A stretch of DNA of 64,000 nucleotides, taken from the human T2T-CHM13v2.0 reference genome, Homo sapiens. The notes below the pieces were generated by a model. The model saw only the letters and a list, made by a program, of their open reading frames with translations, ran no database searches and had not been told where the DNA came from. The translations under genes and the position numbers were made by a program. The stretch lies in assembly GCF_009914755.1 (NCBI RefSeq), contig NC_060933.1; one strand, given 5' to 3'. Below, piece after piece: positions 38,970 to 56,116 of this stretch. How positions within the stretch are numbered: position 1 is the stretch's first letter; each line of letters begins with the position of its first letter.

Positions 38970-41200
38970 ATAGAAAGGTAGAGAGTTTCACCTCAGACGG
39001 ACTAGTTGGTTTCAGACCAATGTTTGCACTGCAACAACCAAATGAGCTGGACAAAATATACATAAAGTTTTGAAAACATTGTGAGCTATGAAAGCTCAAG
39101 AAATGTGGGGCCAAAATCCAGGAGGGAAGGGAGCCCATATAGCTAAGGAAAACAATACTGAAAGAAACTAAATAAGACCTAAACAAATGGGGGCACACAG
39201 CATATTCATGGATTCCAAGATTGAATCTTATAGAAATGTCAGGCCTCCCCAAATTCATCTAGATTCAATGTAATTTTAACTTAAATCCCAGGGAGAGATT
39301 CAAATGGCGGATGCAAGCTTGAAGACAAATTTGGAGTATCCACACTCACACATATGAACAGTTATTAGAAAGCTACAGTAATTAAGACAGTGTGGCAGTG
39401 TCACAAAAATAGAATAATAGACCAATGGAACAGAATACAGAGTCCAGAAGCAGACCTATGCATATATCGATACTTGATATATGAGCAAAGTGACACTTCA
39501 GAGCAGAAGGTGAAGGACAAATGGTGCTGTGTCAACTGAATATTCACATAGGAAAACAACAAAACTACCGCATCTTATGCCATCAAATAATAATTCCAAG
39601 TAGGCTGTAGATATAAATGGGAAATGGGAAATAAAGTTTCTAGAAGGTAATAAAGCATCTTTATTTCTTTGGAGTAGGCAAAGATTTCTTAGACAAAACA
39701 CAATAGCATGAACTGCAGGTGAAAAAAGATTAATTGCAGTGCATTAAAAATGTGAACTTCTGTTCATCAAAAAACTCCATTGTAAGAAATAAAATGCAAG
39801 TCACATAGCTGATTGCTTAGTTTCCAGACAGGACATAGAAAGCCATCTAATTTAGAAGAGTATCCTGAGGGCAGGGAAGAAAAAGGATTTGTAAGCTGGT
39901 TCTATCTAGCTCTTATCTGTCATTGTCCAAGTACTCCACATAGGACCTTACATTTCTATGTTAAATCAGCTGGCCTTTACAAGTAGCCTCTAGGTAACTC
40001 CTAGAGGTGATGGGAGCGGTTAGACCCTTCATAGTATGGTAGGGTTGGGCTTGAGAATCTGAACTGCTGCAGCTCCAGCCATGGTGGACATAAAGGAATC
40101 CATGCTGAAGCCCAGGCCTTACTCTGGGGAGCCCTAGGCAGCCAGTAGTGTCAGGGAAAGAGGCAACAGCATTGGAAGGTTGGGCTGTCCATTGAGCAGG
40201 TAGACAAAGGCCCAAAAGGTAGGGGTTAGAAGGAATTAGTTAACTGGGGGTGGAGGGGCATGCACATAAATTGGGTACAATATACAATCTAATAGGAAAG
40301 TTGGCAAAGGACTTGATGAGGTTCTTTGAAGATTTTCAAGGGGCCAATAAACATATATAAGATCAAGATTATTCAACTTAATTTGTCATCAAGAAAATGA
40401 GAATTATTTAGGTCAGTGCAAAAGCAATTGTGGTTTTTGCCATTAAAGGTGATGGCAATTACTTTTGCACCGACCCAAACTATGATGATATACCAGTGCA
40501 TTCCCACCCTAATAGCTAAAAGTAAAAAGACTGACAATATGAAGTATTGATAAGGAAGAGGGACTGAAACTTTTAAATACAGAGTGGAGTGTAAATTGCT
40601 ACAATTTGGAGTGTCATTTGATAAGACTACTTGGAATTTGTCACTAATGTTGATTATGTACATCCTATAATCCAGCAATTCCAGTCCTAGGCAAATAACA
40701 AAAATGCATACATGTGTTCACCAAAAAATATGTGTATAAGTGCTTACAGTACCATTATTCATAATAGTCTCAAATTGGACACAAGTTTTTATCAATAATA
40801 GATCATTAAATTGTGGCATGCTTACACAATGGAATACTATGTAGCAGTGAACAAGAGCAAACAACTGTTATATACAAAAACATGGGTGATTCTCATCAAC
40901 ATAATGTTAAGCAAAATAAGTCAGATGCAAAGGAACACATGATTCTGTTTTTATAAAGTTTGGAAACAAGTAAAATTAATCATGGTATTTGAAGTCAGGA
41001 TATGATTATTTTGGGGGAGGAGGCTATGAATAGTGACTGGGAAGGGACAGGAGTAGGATATTTAAGGTGCTGTCTGAATGGACCTGACTAGTAGTTGTAT
41101 AAGTATATGCACTTTGTGTTAATGTATTCTGTAATATGATTTATCTACTTTTCCAGTTGTTATATATATTTAGAAGTTTATAAAAATAAAAAGAATAAAA
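38970..41200 (+). mobile_element. Fragmented old L1 (L1M/L1ME class), ORF2 end and 3' UTR
   Basis: aaagctacagtaattaagacagtgtgg ... gaccaatggaacagaatacagagtccagaa; ccagcaattccagtcctagg; caatggaatactat; about 39850-40260 is unassigned. Confidence 0.7.
40406..40479. mobile_element. MADE1
   Basis: ttaggtcagtgcaaaagcaattgtggtttttgccatt ... gcaattacttttgcaccgaccc. Confidence 0.85.
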
Positions 41201-41597
41201 CTTGGTAAATATATAAGATAAATAGGTATGCCATAGAAGCTGAATCTTTGATTATTGCATTATCACTTTCTATGCTCTTCAGCTTCTAAAAATCAAGATT
41301 ATGCTATAACATGCAACTGAAATGGCCAAGCTGTGAATAAGAGTTACCAAATGGCAGCTAAAAGCACTTACTATGGGCCAGGCACTGCTCTAATCAGTTT
41401 GCGTATAGTTACTATTTTCATCCTGCTTTAATTACCCTATGAGGTCATTACTATTATTGTCTGAGCTCTTAATCATTGCTCAGCGCTGCTAAAGGGAATA
41501 TATGGCTTTCAACTCTAACCTGTCTTTGACTTTGCTGCAGCAATGAAAAATATCACCTTCCTTGAAGTTCACATACCTTGACTTCTATGACAGCAGC

Positions 41598-41875
41598 TCT
41601 CTATCAAAGTGTGTATCAGAAATAGTAGTCTTATGGGATGTTATTCAGGTTTACTGAGTCTGAAAAGTGTTTTTGGCTCAATGTGTTAGGAAATTCCAAG
41701 ATTATATAACTTAAACAATTTTCCTTACCAGAGGACTTTTCACAAAAGAAAATCTTCAAGAAGAAATATCTTAATAACATGCAGCATTTCCAAAACTTAT
41801 TTGTGACCAATGAATCACATTCTAAAGATCAAAATCATAGAAGTATGGTCCTGTGGGTCACACTTTGGAAAGGAT
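41598..41875. mobile_element. MER103C-like, inside an L2 (about 41500-42520)
   Basis: caaagtgtgt ... gcagcatttccaaaacttatttgtgacc ... cacactttggaaa. Confidence 0.6.
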
Positions 41876-43454
41876 TTTATTATTTCAATTACTATTGGTG
41901 TTCCCCACCCTTTCTGGCCATTCTTCCTTGGTCTACATTACAAAAGGCCTGTTTTTTGAACAACTTTTAAACAGTGGTCTTCCCCAAGGCTCCATTTAGG
42001 TGATCCTTTCATTTATCTTATTCTATACTCCCTTCCAGAGTAATTTCATACAAAATCATGCCTCAAATATGATCTAAAACTTGATAACACCAAAATGAAC
42101 CCTCTTACAAATTTTCTATTTCTATATTCGACCACGTGCTAATGGACTCCAATTAGATGCTTCAATGGCATCTTTAATTTATATGTCTAAACATGAACTC
42201 ATGACATTCTACTAAAACCTGCCTCATGTATATTCTTTATCAATGAACATCACCATCATGAATTTATTAGTGATTAAAATGGAAATCTGTATGTCAGTAG
42301 CCTCCCCTCTGATACTCACTTTCCCACTCATTATCTAAAGGTCACCTAGTCCTGCTGATTCTAGTTTCTAAATATGTCTCAAATCTGTTTTCTCCTGTTT
42401 GTCCCTGTTACCAATACAACTGCTTTAGTTCATGTCTTGATTTTTTCTTGCTGCATTACAACAGCATCCTTCTAATAAGCCTCATCATACCCAATCATAT
42501 CTTCCCATTTGCCTCCCTAGAATTAATGCAAACTTTCCCCTATGTCATTGTCCGTTCTCTCCTTCTGGCAATGGCTGGACTTGACCTGGATAAAGAGTGG
42601 CTCAGTAGCCAGGAATGAGGATTGAGGGCCTGGAAGGAGGCAGTTGGCTGCTACCTCAGGCAACAGAAGGATGTCTAAAGAAAGAAAAGAGTAACTATGG
42701 GTCAAAATAATCAGTGTGGATTCCTTCATGAGTGTCTCAATCTGTGCATAGTTTTGAAGACAGTTTTGTGGCCAGTATAGACAGGAGAAGTCAAAGAAAA
42801 GAAAGAAGGGGCAAATAAATATTTAAAAGGATAAATGTAATCTTCTCCAAGAATCATAATATTGATTTTTAGTGTTCCAGGCACTTTATAATTCTCACTT
42901 AGTGTTTTTTCCCCGCAAAGGTATGAAGTTAAGAATATTGGCTAAAGGCTAAACAACTTCCCAGTTAAAAATTGCAGAACAAAACAGCCCTTTTATGGAT
43001 CAAACATTATGTTTGGGAAAAATAATTTTGACATCTGATAAAGAAGTAAAAACAACTCTCCTAAGATGATGTTCTGAGTAGCTGCCTCATGGACTTGTTA
43101 AAGTGAGGTAAGCATAACCAGTTAAAACAAATTAGAATTATTCTTAGCCTAGCTTCTCAGATAGTGCTGATAGTAGATAAGGAAAGTGAGGAGAGTAAGG
43201 AAATGTGAAAACATGTTTGGGTAGCTTATCTTAAAATCAAACATATTTAGGAAAGGAGCAGCCTATGAGAAGTCAAAACAAATGTGGATATTGATCCTTA
43301 ACAAGTGCTTGAGAAAACAGACTTGAAGAGAAAGCCTGGAAAACACAATACATGATGAGAAGAGAAGCAAACTAAAATATATTGGAAACCAACACTCTGG
43401 CAGGCACATTTCATGGTATTTTAGATTTGCCTCTCTCTTTCTCTCTCTCACCAT

Positions 43455-43625
43455 TTACAATGCTATTGAGGTACAATTGACATTCAATAAACTACACATA
43501 TTCAAAATATATAATTTGATGAGGCTTAACATGCATATATAAACATGACATTATCACTATAATGATAATGTACATTTACATCGTTCCCAACAGTTTTCTC
43601 CTTCTCTGAAATCCATTCTTTCCAA
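43455..43625 (-). mobile_element. L1MB/MA-type 3' end
   Basis: tattgaggtacaattgacattcaataaactacacatattcaaaatatataatttgatgag. Confidence 0.75.
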
Positions 43626-44667
43626 GGAACCCACTTAGATAAGTAAGTACCCAATCTATGAGATGTATGCTTGTAAAATAAAATTAATTAGGCAACCTAT
43701 AAATGTAGAACAGGGCTTGTATGTACCATCTCTAATAGCAAAATTGCTGAACCCAATTCTACCCAAAATAGTAGATACAACATTTTGTTTTCTTTTCCAA
43801 ATTTGTGATGAACTGTCTTCCATAATATTTGATTTTGCTTTCCTGGGCTCTGTTCCTCTGACATCATTCTGAGGTATAAACTTTCAATTCTACCCGTACG
43901 CAGAGGTATCCCAATGGTCTTATTTAGTTCACCCAGAAATGCTTTACAGCATTTTCATAGTCCCTGGGGGTCAAAAATCAGTACTCTAATCAGTGCAGTG
44001 TAGTGACCTCTTTTTCATTGCATTGGCCAGGATCATTGTTCCCCTAGGTTTCATACTTATCACTGCCACAATTGAAAGAAGTTTAGAGATAGATATTAAA
44101 CAGAAAGGAAGGCCATCAAGTTCACACACATTTGTTTATAATGTCCAAGTTCAAAACTACCAGAGGGAAAAGCTGCTGCTAAAATATGCAAGAGTTTCTA
44201 TAGCAGGAAAAGACAAAAACAACCAACAATTATTTAAATGAATAAATATCTTAGTATTATCAAGTACTAAATGTTCTAGAGGATCATTCATGATGCCCAG
44301 TCTTACCAGAAAAAAACCACCAGACTGGACTTGACTAATGGATGAATTTTTTTTTGTCTTAAATCTATATTTCTGTCTCTGTAATACTCTGAGCAACTCA
44401 ATGTCTCTCTCTGTATGTTCTTCCAGGAGTAAAATACTGGCTTGTCCATTAGTCTTGAAAACATAAAAATTGCTAAGCATACAGGTTCTTCCTTTCCTCT
44501 GCATGATGGCCACAGACCTCGCCTAAACTCCATTGCACTGAAATATTCTACTGGTTATAGAAAAGATCAGGTCAAAGAATAAAGAAATGAAGGTATTGAC
44601 CCCTTTCCATGTTTTCCAGGCAAAATAACTTAGATCACAGCCTTCAATGACAGCCGATAAATACCAC

Positions 44668-45060
44668 ACTATGGTTTGAATGTGTGTCCTTTCAAAATTC
44701 ATATGTTGAAATCTAACCCTCAATCCAACAGTATTAAGAGGTTAGGTCCTTTTGGAGGTAATATTTAGGTCATGAGAGCTCCTTCCTCATGAATGGAGTT
44801 AATGCCCATATAAAAGAGGCTTCACATAGCATTCATCCCTTTTTCTTTTCCACCATGTGAGGACACAGCATTTGCCCCTTCTGTCATGTGAGAACACAGG
44901 AACATCGTGCTATTTTGGAAGCAGAGATTCCTCACAATACACTGAACTTTCTGGCACTGTGATCTTGGACTTCCCAGCCTCCAGAACTGTGAGAAATAAG
45001 TTGTTTATAAATTATTCATTCTAAGGTATTTTGTTAAAGCAGCAGGAAAACACTAGAACA
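44668..45060 (+). mobile_element. MaLR solo LTR (MSTD/MLT1A-like)
   Basis: tatggtttgaatgtgtgtcc ... ccatgtgaggacacagc ... tcttggacttcccagcctccagaactgtgagaaataa. Confidence 0.9.
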
Positions 45061-45891
45061 CACCATGATATGTATTTCTTAGTCATTGGAGGTACAATGA
45101 GAGATCATATGATGTGCCAAAAGAAAATCCCTGCAGTGATGGACGCTGAAGCAGAACAGACGTGTAGTGTGATAATTAAAGGGCATGGAGTTACTACTGA
45201 ATAATGACAATGCAGAGTCCAGTGTCCTTGAGCAAACATAGGAGACAGCTAGGGAGTGGTTACAGCAGGCCTTGAGTGAGACTCAGTGCTGAATGGGCTT
45301 CAGGTCTGACCCAGCACAGTCCTAGTGCTGGTGGTCACAGGAGTGCTTGTGTCACTTCACCCTCAGCTCTAGGTGACTCAGAACGGAGAAAGAGACACTG
45401 TTTGGGAAAAAGTAAGGGAAGAGAACAAGTGTCTCTGCCTAGTGATCCAGATAATTTTTCCAGATCTTGTCCAAGACCATCAAGACAGTACCTCCATGAG
45501 TTTGCAAGAACTACAGTGTTACTGGACTTTGTTACTGGGTGCCTCCTAATGAAGATATAGCTTAGATTACAACACCCAAGTCCTTTTGAATACCTGGAAA
45601 GCCTTCCCAAAAAGGATGGGTACAAATAAGCCTGAACTCTGAAGACTACAATAAATACCTACCTCTTCAATGCTCAGATACATACACACATCCACAAATA
45701 TCAAGGCCATCCCAGAAAACATGGCCTCATGAAATGAACCAAATAAGATCATAGAGAAACAGAGATATGTGACCTTACAGACAAATAATTCAAAATAGCT
45801 GTTTTGAGGAAACTCAAATAAATTCAAGATAACACAGAGAAGGAATTCAGAATTCTATCAAATTTAACAAAGAGATTGAAATAATTTTTAA

Positions 45892-46239
<348 letters not shown>

Positions 46240-47180
46240 ACATGAGAGTCTTTTAATAGCAGACTTGATCAAGTAGAAGAAAGAATTAGTGAGCTTGAAG
46301 GCAAGCTATTTGAAAATACATGTCAGATGAGAGAAAAGAAAAAAAAAACAATAAAGCAAGCCTACAAGATCTAGAAAATATCCTCAAAAAGGCAAATCTA
46401 AGAGTTATTGGCCTTAAAGAGGAAGTAGAGAAAGAGATGGGGTAGAAAGTTTATTGAAAGGGATAATAACATAGAACTTCCCAAACCTAAAGAATGATAT
46501 CGGTCAATATCCAAGTACAAGAAGGTTACAGAACACCAAGCAGATTTGATCCAAAGAAGACTACTCCAAGGCATTTAATAATCAAACTTCCAAAGGTAAA
46601 GGATAAAGAATGAATACTAAAAGCAGCAAGAGAAAAGAAACAAATAACATATAGTGGAGCTCCAATATGTCTAGCAGGAGACTTCTTAGTGGAAACCTTA
46701 TAGGCCAGGAGAAAGTGGCATGGCATAGTTAAAGTGCTGAAGGAAGAAAAAGCTTTCACCCTAGAATAGTATGTTCAGCAAAAATATCCTTCAAACATGA
46801 AGGGGAAATAAAGACTTTTTCAGACAAATGAAAGCTGAGGGATTTCATCAACACCAGACCTGTTCCACAAGAAATGCCAGGGGAATAAGTCAATCAGAAA
46901 GAAAGGGACATTAATGAGCAATAAGAAATCATCTGAAGGTACAAAACTCATTGGTAATAGTAAGTACACAGAAAAATATAGAATATTATAAAACTGTAAC
47001 TATGGTATGTAAACTCTTGTGTAGAAAGACTAAATGATGAATCAATCAAAAATAATAACTACAACAACTTTTCAAGACAGTAGAGTACAGTAAGGTATAA
47101 ATAGAAACAACAAAAAGTTAAAAAGTGGGGGGCACAAAGTTAAGGTGTAGAGTTTCTATTAGTTTTTGCTTCTTTTTCTT

Positions 47181-48513
<1,333 letters not shown>

Positions 48514-50049
48514 TTAAGTTGTTATATCAACTTAAAATAATGGCTTATACTATAGATTCACAAGTCTCATGGTAGCCTCAAATCCAAAACAGAGTAAATA
48601 CACAAAAATAAAAAGCAAGAAATTAAATCACATCACCAGAGAAAATCACCTTTATTAAGAGGAAAACAGGAATGAAGAAAAGAAGTCAGAGAAGACTACA
48701 AAACAAGCAGAAAACAAATAATAAAGTGGTAGGAGTAAGTCCTTACTCATCAATAACAACAATGAATGTAAATGGACTAAAGTCTCCAATCAAAAGACAT
48801 AGAGTCACTCAATGGATAAAAAAAACAAGATCGAATGATCTGTTGCCTACAAGAAACAGACTTCACCTATAAAGACACACACAGACTAAAAATAAAGGGA
48901 TGGAAAAAGATATTTCATGCCAAAGGAAAAAAAAAAGAGAGCAGGAGTAGGTATACTTATATCAGACAAAATAGATTTCAAGACAAAAGTGGTAAGAAGA
49001 GACAAAGTAGGTAACTATGTAATGATATCTAACCATTGTAAATATATTTGCACCCAACACTGCAGCACACAGATATATAAAGCAATGATTATTAGAGCTA
49101 AGGAGATAGACCCCAATACAATAATAGCTGGAGATTTCAACACCCTACTTTTAGCATTAGACAGATCACTCAGAAAGAAGATCAGCAAAGAAACACAGAA
49201 CTTAGTTCTGCACTATAGACCAAACAGATCTAATAGATACTTACAGAACACTTCATCCAATGGATGTAGAATACACATTCTTCTCCTCAACACATGGATC
49301 ATTCTCAAGAATAAACTATATGTCGGATCACAAAACAAGTCTTAAGGCATTAAAAAAAGTTGAGATAGTATTAAGCATCTTCCCTGACCACAATGAAATA
49401 AAACCAGAAATCAATAGCAGGAGGAATTTTGGGATCTATACAAATACATGGAAATTAAACAATATGCATGACCAGTGGGTCAATGAAGAAATTAAGAAGG
49501 AAATTAAAAAATTTCTTGAAACAAATTATAATGCAACACAACATACCAAAAACTGTGGGATACAGCAAAAGCAGTACTAAGGGGGAAATTTATACCTTTA
49601 AACGCCTATGTCAAAAAAGAAGAAAAACTTCAAATAAACAACCTAACAATGCATCTTAAAGCAATAGAAAAGTAAGAGCAAAGCAAACCCAAAATTAGTA
49701 GAAGAAAAGAAATAATAAAGATCAGAGCAGAAATAACTGATCTTGAAACGAACAATACAAAAGATCAATGGAATAGAAACTTATTTTTTTTAAAAAAATA
49801 AACATAATAGGCCCAATAGTCTACTCCATTTGGGAAAGCCAGAGTCAGAAAGATCAATCATTTTTTCTCTTGGTGGCCATTATTTTTGATAAGTGGGTCA
49901 ATTGCACTGTTTCAGATGATCTCATAGCAGATAAGTTTTGCAGAACATGTTTACAGAATCTCCTCTCTTTCCTCAGGCCTCATTACCCATTACTCATTAC
50001 ATCCTAATAGAGGTGTCTGTGCCCCTCTCCCTGTCTCCCCTCTTTCCAG

Positions 50050-50830
<781 letters not shown>

Positions 50831-51756
50831 ATGCTCATGCCTGATATTTATTTGGGAAAGTCTAACTTGGGGCCCATCTGTCCATCAATCAATGCAGATA
50901 TTCCCATATAAGTGTGGTCAAAAGTAGGGAATAGACCCTCCCTGCAGTTTACTAAATTGATCTTCAAGAATATAGGTAGTTTTCTCTTATTTAGGCATCA
51001 AGTCCAATGGGGAGGCTAGGGAAAGAAAACTGACAGAACAGAGACATTTACTGTAGATAATGTTCAGTATTTTATGATTACCTCAAAAGGCTAAGGACCA
51101 GTCTTTTTTTATTACTTCATCTTCAATATTTGATATGCAGTAGGAATTCAGCAAACCATTTTTGGAATAAAAGTCTTTCTTCTTCATTTGACTAGAAGCT
51201 TCTTGAAGGCAACAACTGTGCCCTGTTTGTATTTGCACTCCTCACAATGTCTGTGTGCCTTGCTTCATAAAATTTTGTTTCATTGCTTAGTGGGTGGGTC
51301 AGTGCTTTGAAAAGTCTATTAGGTTTTTGCTGTGGTAATGACATAGAAATAATGAAATGTGATAATAAAATAAAAAGAAAAGAAACTGTGGAAAATGACA
51401 GACCATTTTAAAATGTCAACAACTTTGGCACTTTAGTCCCCTCTACCAAACTTCTAATCAGAACTCTTTAACATGGAGCTAAAATAACAGATTTTGGTCA
51501 CTCTATATTCTCCCAAAACGACATACTCATTATTATGAAAAAGTGATGGAATGCACCATCAAAAAGAATCCTTGAGGATTAAGAGGAAATCACATGAAAC
51601 TCCCAGCATGAATAATGAAACATCTATACTTCACATTATTTCATAAATAAAAGGAAATATTAAAACTCACAAATAGGAAAGATATAATGCCAAAAGAAGA
51701 TAGTACTTTAAATGGAATCAATATGAAAAGCTTACTATATTATCCTTATTTCTTAT

Positions 51757-51806
51757 TTTAACTGATCATAATTTTAACTGATCATAACTAAACTGATCAT
51801 AATTTT
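51757..51806. repeat. 16-bp tandem repeat x3 (tttaactgatcataat)
   Basis: Seen directly. Confidence 0.85.
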
Positions 51807-52659
51807 GTTGTAGACCAATATTAGGCATTCATTTTTAGCAGAATCTTCAAATACCGGTTGCATACTCTCAATTAAATATTCCTAGTCACTACTGACCAGA
51901 GGAATGTTGCCAAACAAATATACATATTTTCCTTTGGTGTCTATATATCTTTTTTACTCTAAAACTTCCTAGTTTTCAACTGCCTTCTGTTGGTCCCTCT
52001 AAAAATGTTTGATTGCTCCCACTCTGGTTTTTGGTTAACAAGCAGATTCATTTATCTCATGCTCACGTCCTCTTCATTCCTTGCCTATTTTGTTCTTCAT
52101 CAAACAAATGACTGTTCTTCTCTACACAGGTTGTTCTGTTCTCTCCCTTCCAGTTTTACCACAGTTCTCATTTTTACTTATGTTTTCCACAGCACATTTA
52201 AATAAAATTTTATAACCTGCTTCTCTGTTTTGTACTGCCTTTAGATTAAAGGGTAATAGGATATTCAAACAGAGTACTTTGTGTCTCGGCTTTGCTGAGG
52301 CCTAAAGGCTGAACCATACCTAATTGCTTACTCACTTCACATTGTATAGCAAAATGCTAACTCATCCATGTGAGATTCACAAAGAGGAAAGCTACAAACT
52401 AGTGCTATTAGCATTAGCCAGGCCTTTCACTTCCACAACCTTGAATAGTCCAGGAGACAGAATATTTGGTGAGAGAGTGCTGAAGTGCTATGACATTTCT
52501 CCACTGGGGAGAAGAGGTTGTTACTCTCTTAATGAAGTTTTAGACTCAAGTGAGTCTCTAAGTAGCTCAAAGAGTTTGATACGTGTCTCTAGGAGGGAAG
52601 GTTGTACAGAGAGTGACTACACTTCTAACACAAAGACCCATTTCTCCGTTCTTGTGCAT

Positions 52660-52870
52660 GTTCTCTCTCTCTCTGGTTCTTTTCTGTTGTTCACTTTGAT
52701 GAAGCAAGCCACCATGTCACGGATTGCTATATAGAGAGGCCCACATGTCAGGGAACAGAGAGCGGCCTCTTCCCAACAGTCCTCAAGGAACAGAATGCTG
52801 CCAATAACCACATGAATTAGCTTAGAAGAAGATAATTTCCCAACGGAGCTTTAAGATGGGTTGGCAGCCA
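52660..52870 (+). mobile_element. MLT1F/G-type MaLR LTR fragment
   Basis: gaagcaagccaccatgt ... gagaggcccacatgtcagggaac ... tgccaataaccacatga. Confidence 0.7.
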
Positions 52871-52872
52871 CT

Positions 52873-52874
<2 letters not shown>

Positions 52875-52949
<75 letters not shown>
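52875..52949. repeat. Interrupted (CA)n microsatellite
   Basis: Seen directly. Confidence 0.95.
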
Positions 52950-52952
<3 letters not shown>

Positions 52953-54756
52953 TTATTTTTGTGGTTCTACATTACTAAGCCAAGCTGGATCAATAAGCTG
53001 GTAATAAGAATCAAATGTAGAACTTTGAGAGTAACTCATTCTCTTTCTAGGGTCTTGCTTGAAAGAAGTTCTTGGGAAGTGGATTTGACAGCTGACAAGA
53101 ATAACTCATAGGAGACACATATCTGTGCATAGATTGAACAACCATTTTTCTGACATATGAACCTCAGAAACGTAGGCATTTTCCACTTTTGTACTAACTA
53201 CATTCCTTTTTTATCATTTCTTGGCCAAAGAGATTGAACTCTGAACAATATCACCCCTCCCCACAAATCCTGTCCCCAGCCACACATATATGTTCCCATG
53301 CATTATGTCATTAAGGTTTGACTTGGACCATCAAATATGCCAGGCCTCAAAAAGAAGTTCGACTGTTGTGCCAATTGCATATTCTGTAAATATCCTAAAC
53401 ATTATTGAATTGCACACTCAAAATGAACTAATTTAATGTTATATAATTTATATCTTCATAAAGCTGTTAAAAATGGACTTTAAATAGCAGAAAGGCAGCC
53501 TTGACATTTTTGTACCTCTGCAGGTCTTCTGCAGATATCCTTTCTGCCACTATTTGAAGATACAGAATACTTTTCTTTGATTACCATTTTCCTACTAAAT
53601 CATTTCTTTCAGAACTTATTACAGTTCCTTTGACTTGGCTTGTGGCTAAACCTTCATACACTGATACTCCACTGGTAAGAAAATTTCATTTCAAAGAATT
53701 GGAAAGAGAAAGAGCTTACTCATTTTTATTTGATTTCAGTTATTGTAGTGCAGCTAAGTGGTCTCAGTCTCGTTTTCTTTCCACATATTGAGCTTGGGTC
53801 TCCAAAGAGGTTATTTTTCAAAAGGAGATTTTGCAGGTAACCAGCATGTTATATAGAATGTAATATTTGGGGCCTGAGAAAAGAGAAGAGACTCTGTAAA
53901 CATGTTCCACAAAAGCTCATCTGCTATGAGATCATCTGAAACAGTGTAATTGATCCACGTATCAAAAGTAATGGCCACCAAGAGAAAAAGCCATTGATCT
54001 TTCCGACTTTGGTTTTTCCAAATGGAGTGGACTATTGGGCCTATTATAAAAGATAGCGCCTATCCAGGGGCAATGAAGTGGAACCCATAAATTACCTGGT
54101 TTATTAATTTTTGTAAACATTTAGATGAACTAGTTAATAAAAACAAAAAAAGCCTAAAAAACCTGAAAGCAAATGTCGCTTAAAATAACTGTGTGTTCAT
54201 CTTCATGGCGTTTTACACTTTTTAATACATGTTCATGTTCACGTTTTATACTTTTTAATACCTGTTCACAAAACTGCAATTTTGCAGGTTTTGTCCTATT
54301 TTGGGATGATGGGAGGATATATAGAGAGGATAAAATCCGTCAAGATTACAACAGAACACTAGATAGGATTACATAATTTGCTTTGTAGCCTCTCCCATGG
54401 GGGTTCTTAAAATGTATTTAATTTTTTTAATAACAAATGAATTTATGTTAATTGTAGAAAAATACAAAAATAGAGAAATTACAAAGAAGAAAAAAAGTAA
54501 CTATTTTACCAAGAATTGGATATAAAGTAATGCCATTAATACAAGGAGAAAACTGCCTAGATTCCTAAGGGTCATGTGTCAGAAAATCTTTGTATTTCCT
54601 ATGAATTTTTCTCGCCAGTTGTCAAATGTGTTTCCTAAGAACTTGCTTTAGGCAAGACCCTGGAGAGCCAGTGAGTTACTCTGAAAGCTGTCCATTTGAT
54701 TCCTATTAACTAGCTTATTCATCCAGCTTGGCCGAGTAATACTGGCAACACAAATA

Positions 54757-54779
54757 ACACACACACACACACACACACA

Positions 54780-54816
<37 letters not shown>

Positions 54817-54983
54817 CACACACACACACATATATATATACATATATATACACACACACATATATACATACACACACACATATATACATATATACACACA
54901 TATATACATATATATATACACACACACACATATATATATACACACAATCTATCTATCTATTTATCTATCTATATATATATATC
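54757..54983. repeat. Compound microsatellite (CA)n(TC)n(TA)n(CA/TA)n(TCTA)n
   Basis: Seen directly. Confidence 0.95.
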
Positions 54984-55005
54984 TTTGTGCTGTTTTCCTT
55001 TAGAA

Positions 55006-55215
55006 CATTGGTTCTCAACTGAGGGCAATTTTGCTGTCTCCCGTCTAGGACATTTGGCAATGTCTGCAGACATTTTTGGTTGTTCCTTGTGGGTGAAATG
55101 GTGCTGCTGACATTTGGCTAGAGGCCAGAGATGCTGCTAAACATCATCTAATGCACAGAAAAGCCCCCACATACCCAACAAAGACTTATATGGCCCCAAA
55201 TAGCAACAAGGCTGA
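55006..55215. mobile_element. MER20
   Basis: cattggttctcaactgagggcaattttgc ... ggacatttggcaatgtctgcagacatttttggttg ... tagaggccagagatgctgctaaacatc. Confidence 0.88.
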
Positions 55216-55259
55216 TATAATACCAATATTTATTTCCTTCCTTGATTCCTCTTTCCTCC

Positions 55260-55640
55260 CAAAATTATAGTCACACTGGTCATCTACTTCCATATACTAT
55301 TTATTTTTTACTTACAATTATATTGTGAATATTTCTTCATATCATTATTCTTCAAAGCATGAATTTAATGCTGTACAACAGTTTATCATGTGACTTATTT
55401 AATACTCCTTACTGATGACAATCAGTTCCATTTCCAGTATTTCAACATCATTAAATAATGTTGGTATGAACATTCTTGACCATAAATCTATTTTCATTTC
55501 TCTAATGATTTTCTTTGGATGGATTCCTAGAAGTACAATGACTGAGTCAAACCAAATGAATGTTTTTAAAGCTCTTCGTCTTGTTGCCAAATTGCTTTCA
55601 CGATTAACAGTCTCTCTGGCAGCATATTAGAATACTCGTC
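55260..55640 (-). mobile_element. L1ME-type fragment
   Basis: atttccagtatttc ... ggatggattcctagaagt ... ttgccaaattgctttc. Confidence 0.65.
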
Positions 55641-56100
55641 AGGCCAGCTCGGTTTCTACCATATTTTTGCGCTAAGCTAAAATTTGACATGTTAACACTA
55701 ATACGTAAGCCTTATAGTCCTGATATGATTTGTGAATGTTAAGTACTTTAATAACCATTCTCTAGCTGACTAATACAAGGTAGAAAGTTCAGGTGCTATA
55801 CTCACCTTACCCCCAACAACCATCTAAGAACTCTTATTTTCAAGAAGTAATTTCTACAAGGTTACACAGATTTCAAGATGAAGGAGAAAGAAAAGGAGAA
55901 GGAGAAGATGATGATCGCTGAACCTAAGCCAGAAGCCAGCTTTCATTCTGCGCTCTTTCCACTGAACCGTACACAATTGCCATTTCATAACGTGAATTGC
56001 ATGAACATGGATATGCACGGACTCACTTGAGTCAGTCAAGAGTTTTGGCTTTCACATTCTCCAGTACTTGGCTAACATGTATAGCCCTACCTGCCCCTTT

Positions 56101-56116
56101 CCAGCAGATGGTGCTG
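56101..56116 (+). promoter_or_regulatory. Candidate CTCF site
   Basis: CCAGCAGATGGTGCTG matches the CTCF core CCASYAGRKGGCRS with one C>T change, in non-repeat DNA. Confidence 0.45.

Noticed and set aside
48672-49659. ORFs with endonuclease motifs
   Set aside because: These are frameshifted fragments of the old L1 ORF2, truncated before the RT domain, so not an active element.
51757-51806. Short repeats as a CRISPR-like or regulatory array (also 26193-26325, 32420-32450, 54205-54268)
   Set aside because: Simple 2-3 copy tandem slippage duplications without unique spacers, in mammalian DNA.
54648-54947. VCVYI-repeat ORFs
   Set aside because: Translation of a compound microsatellite.
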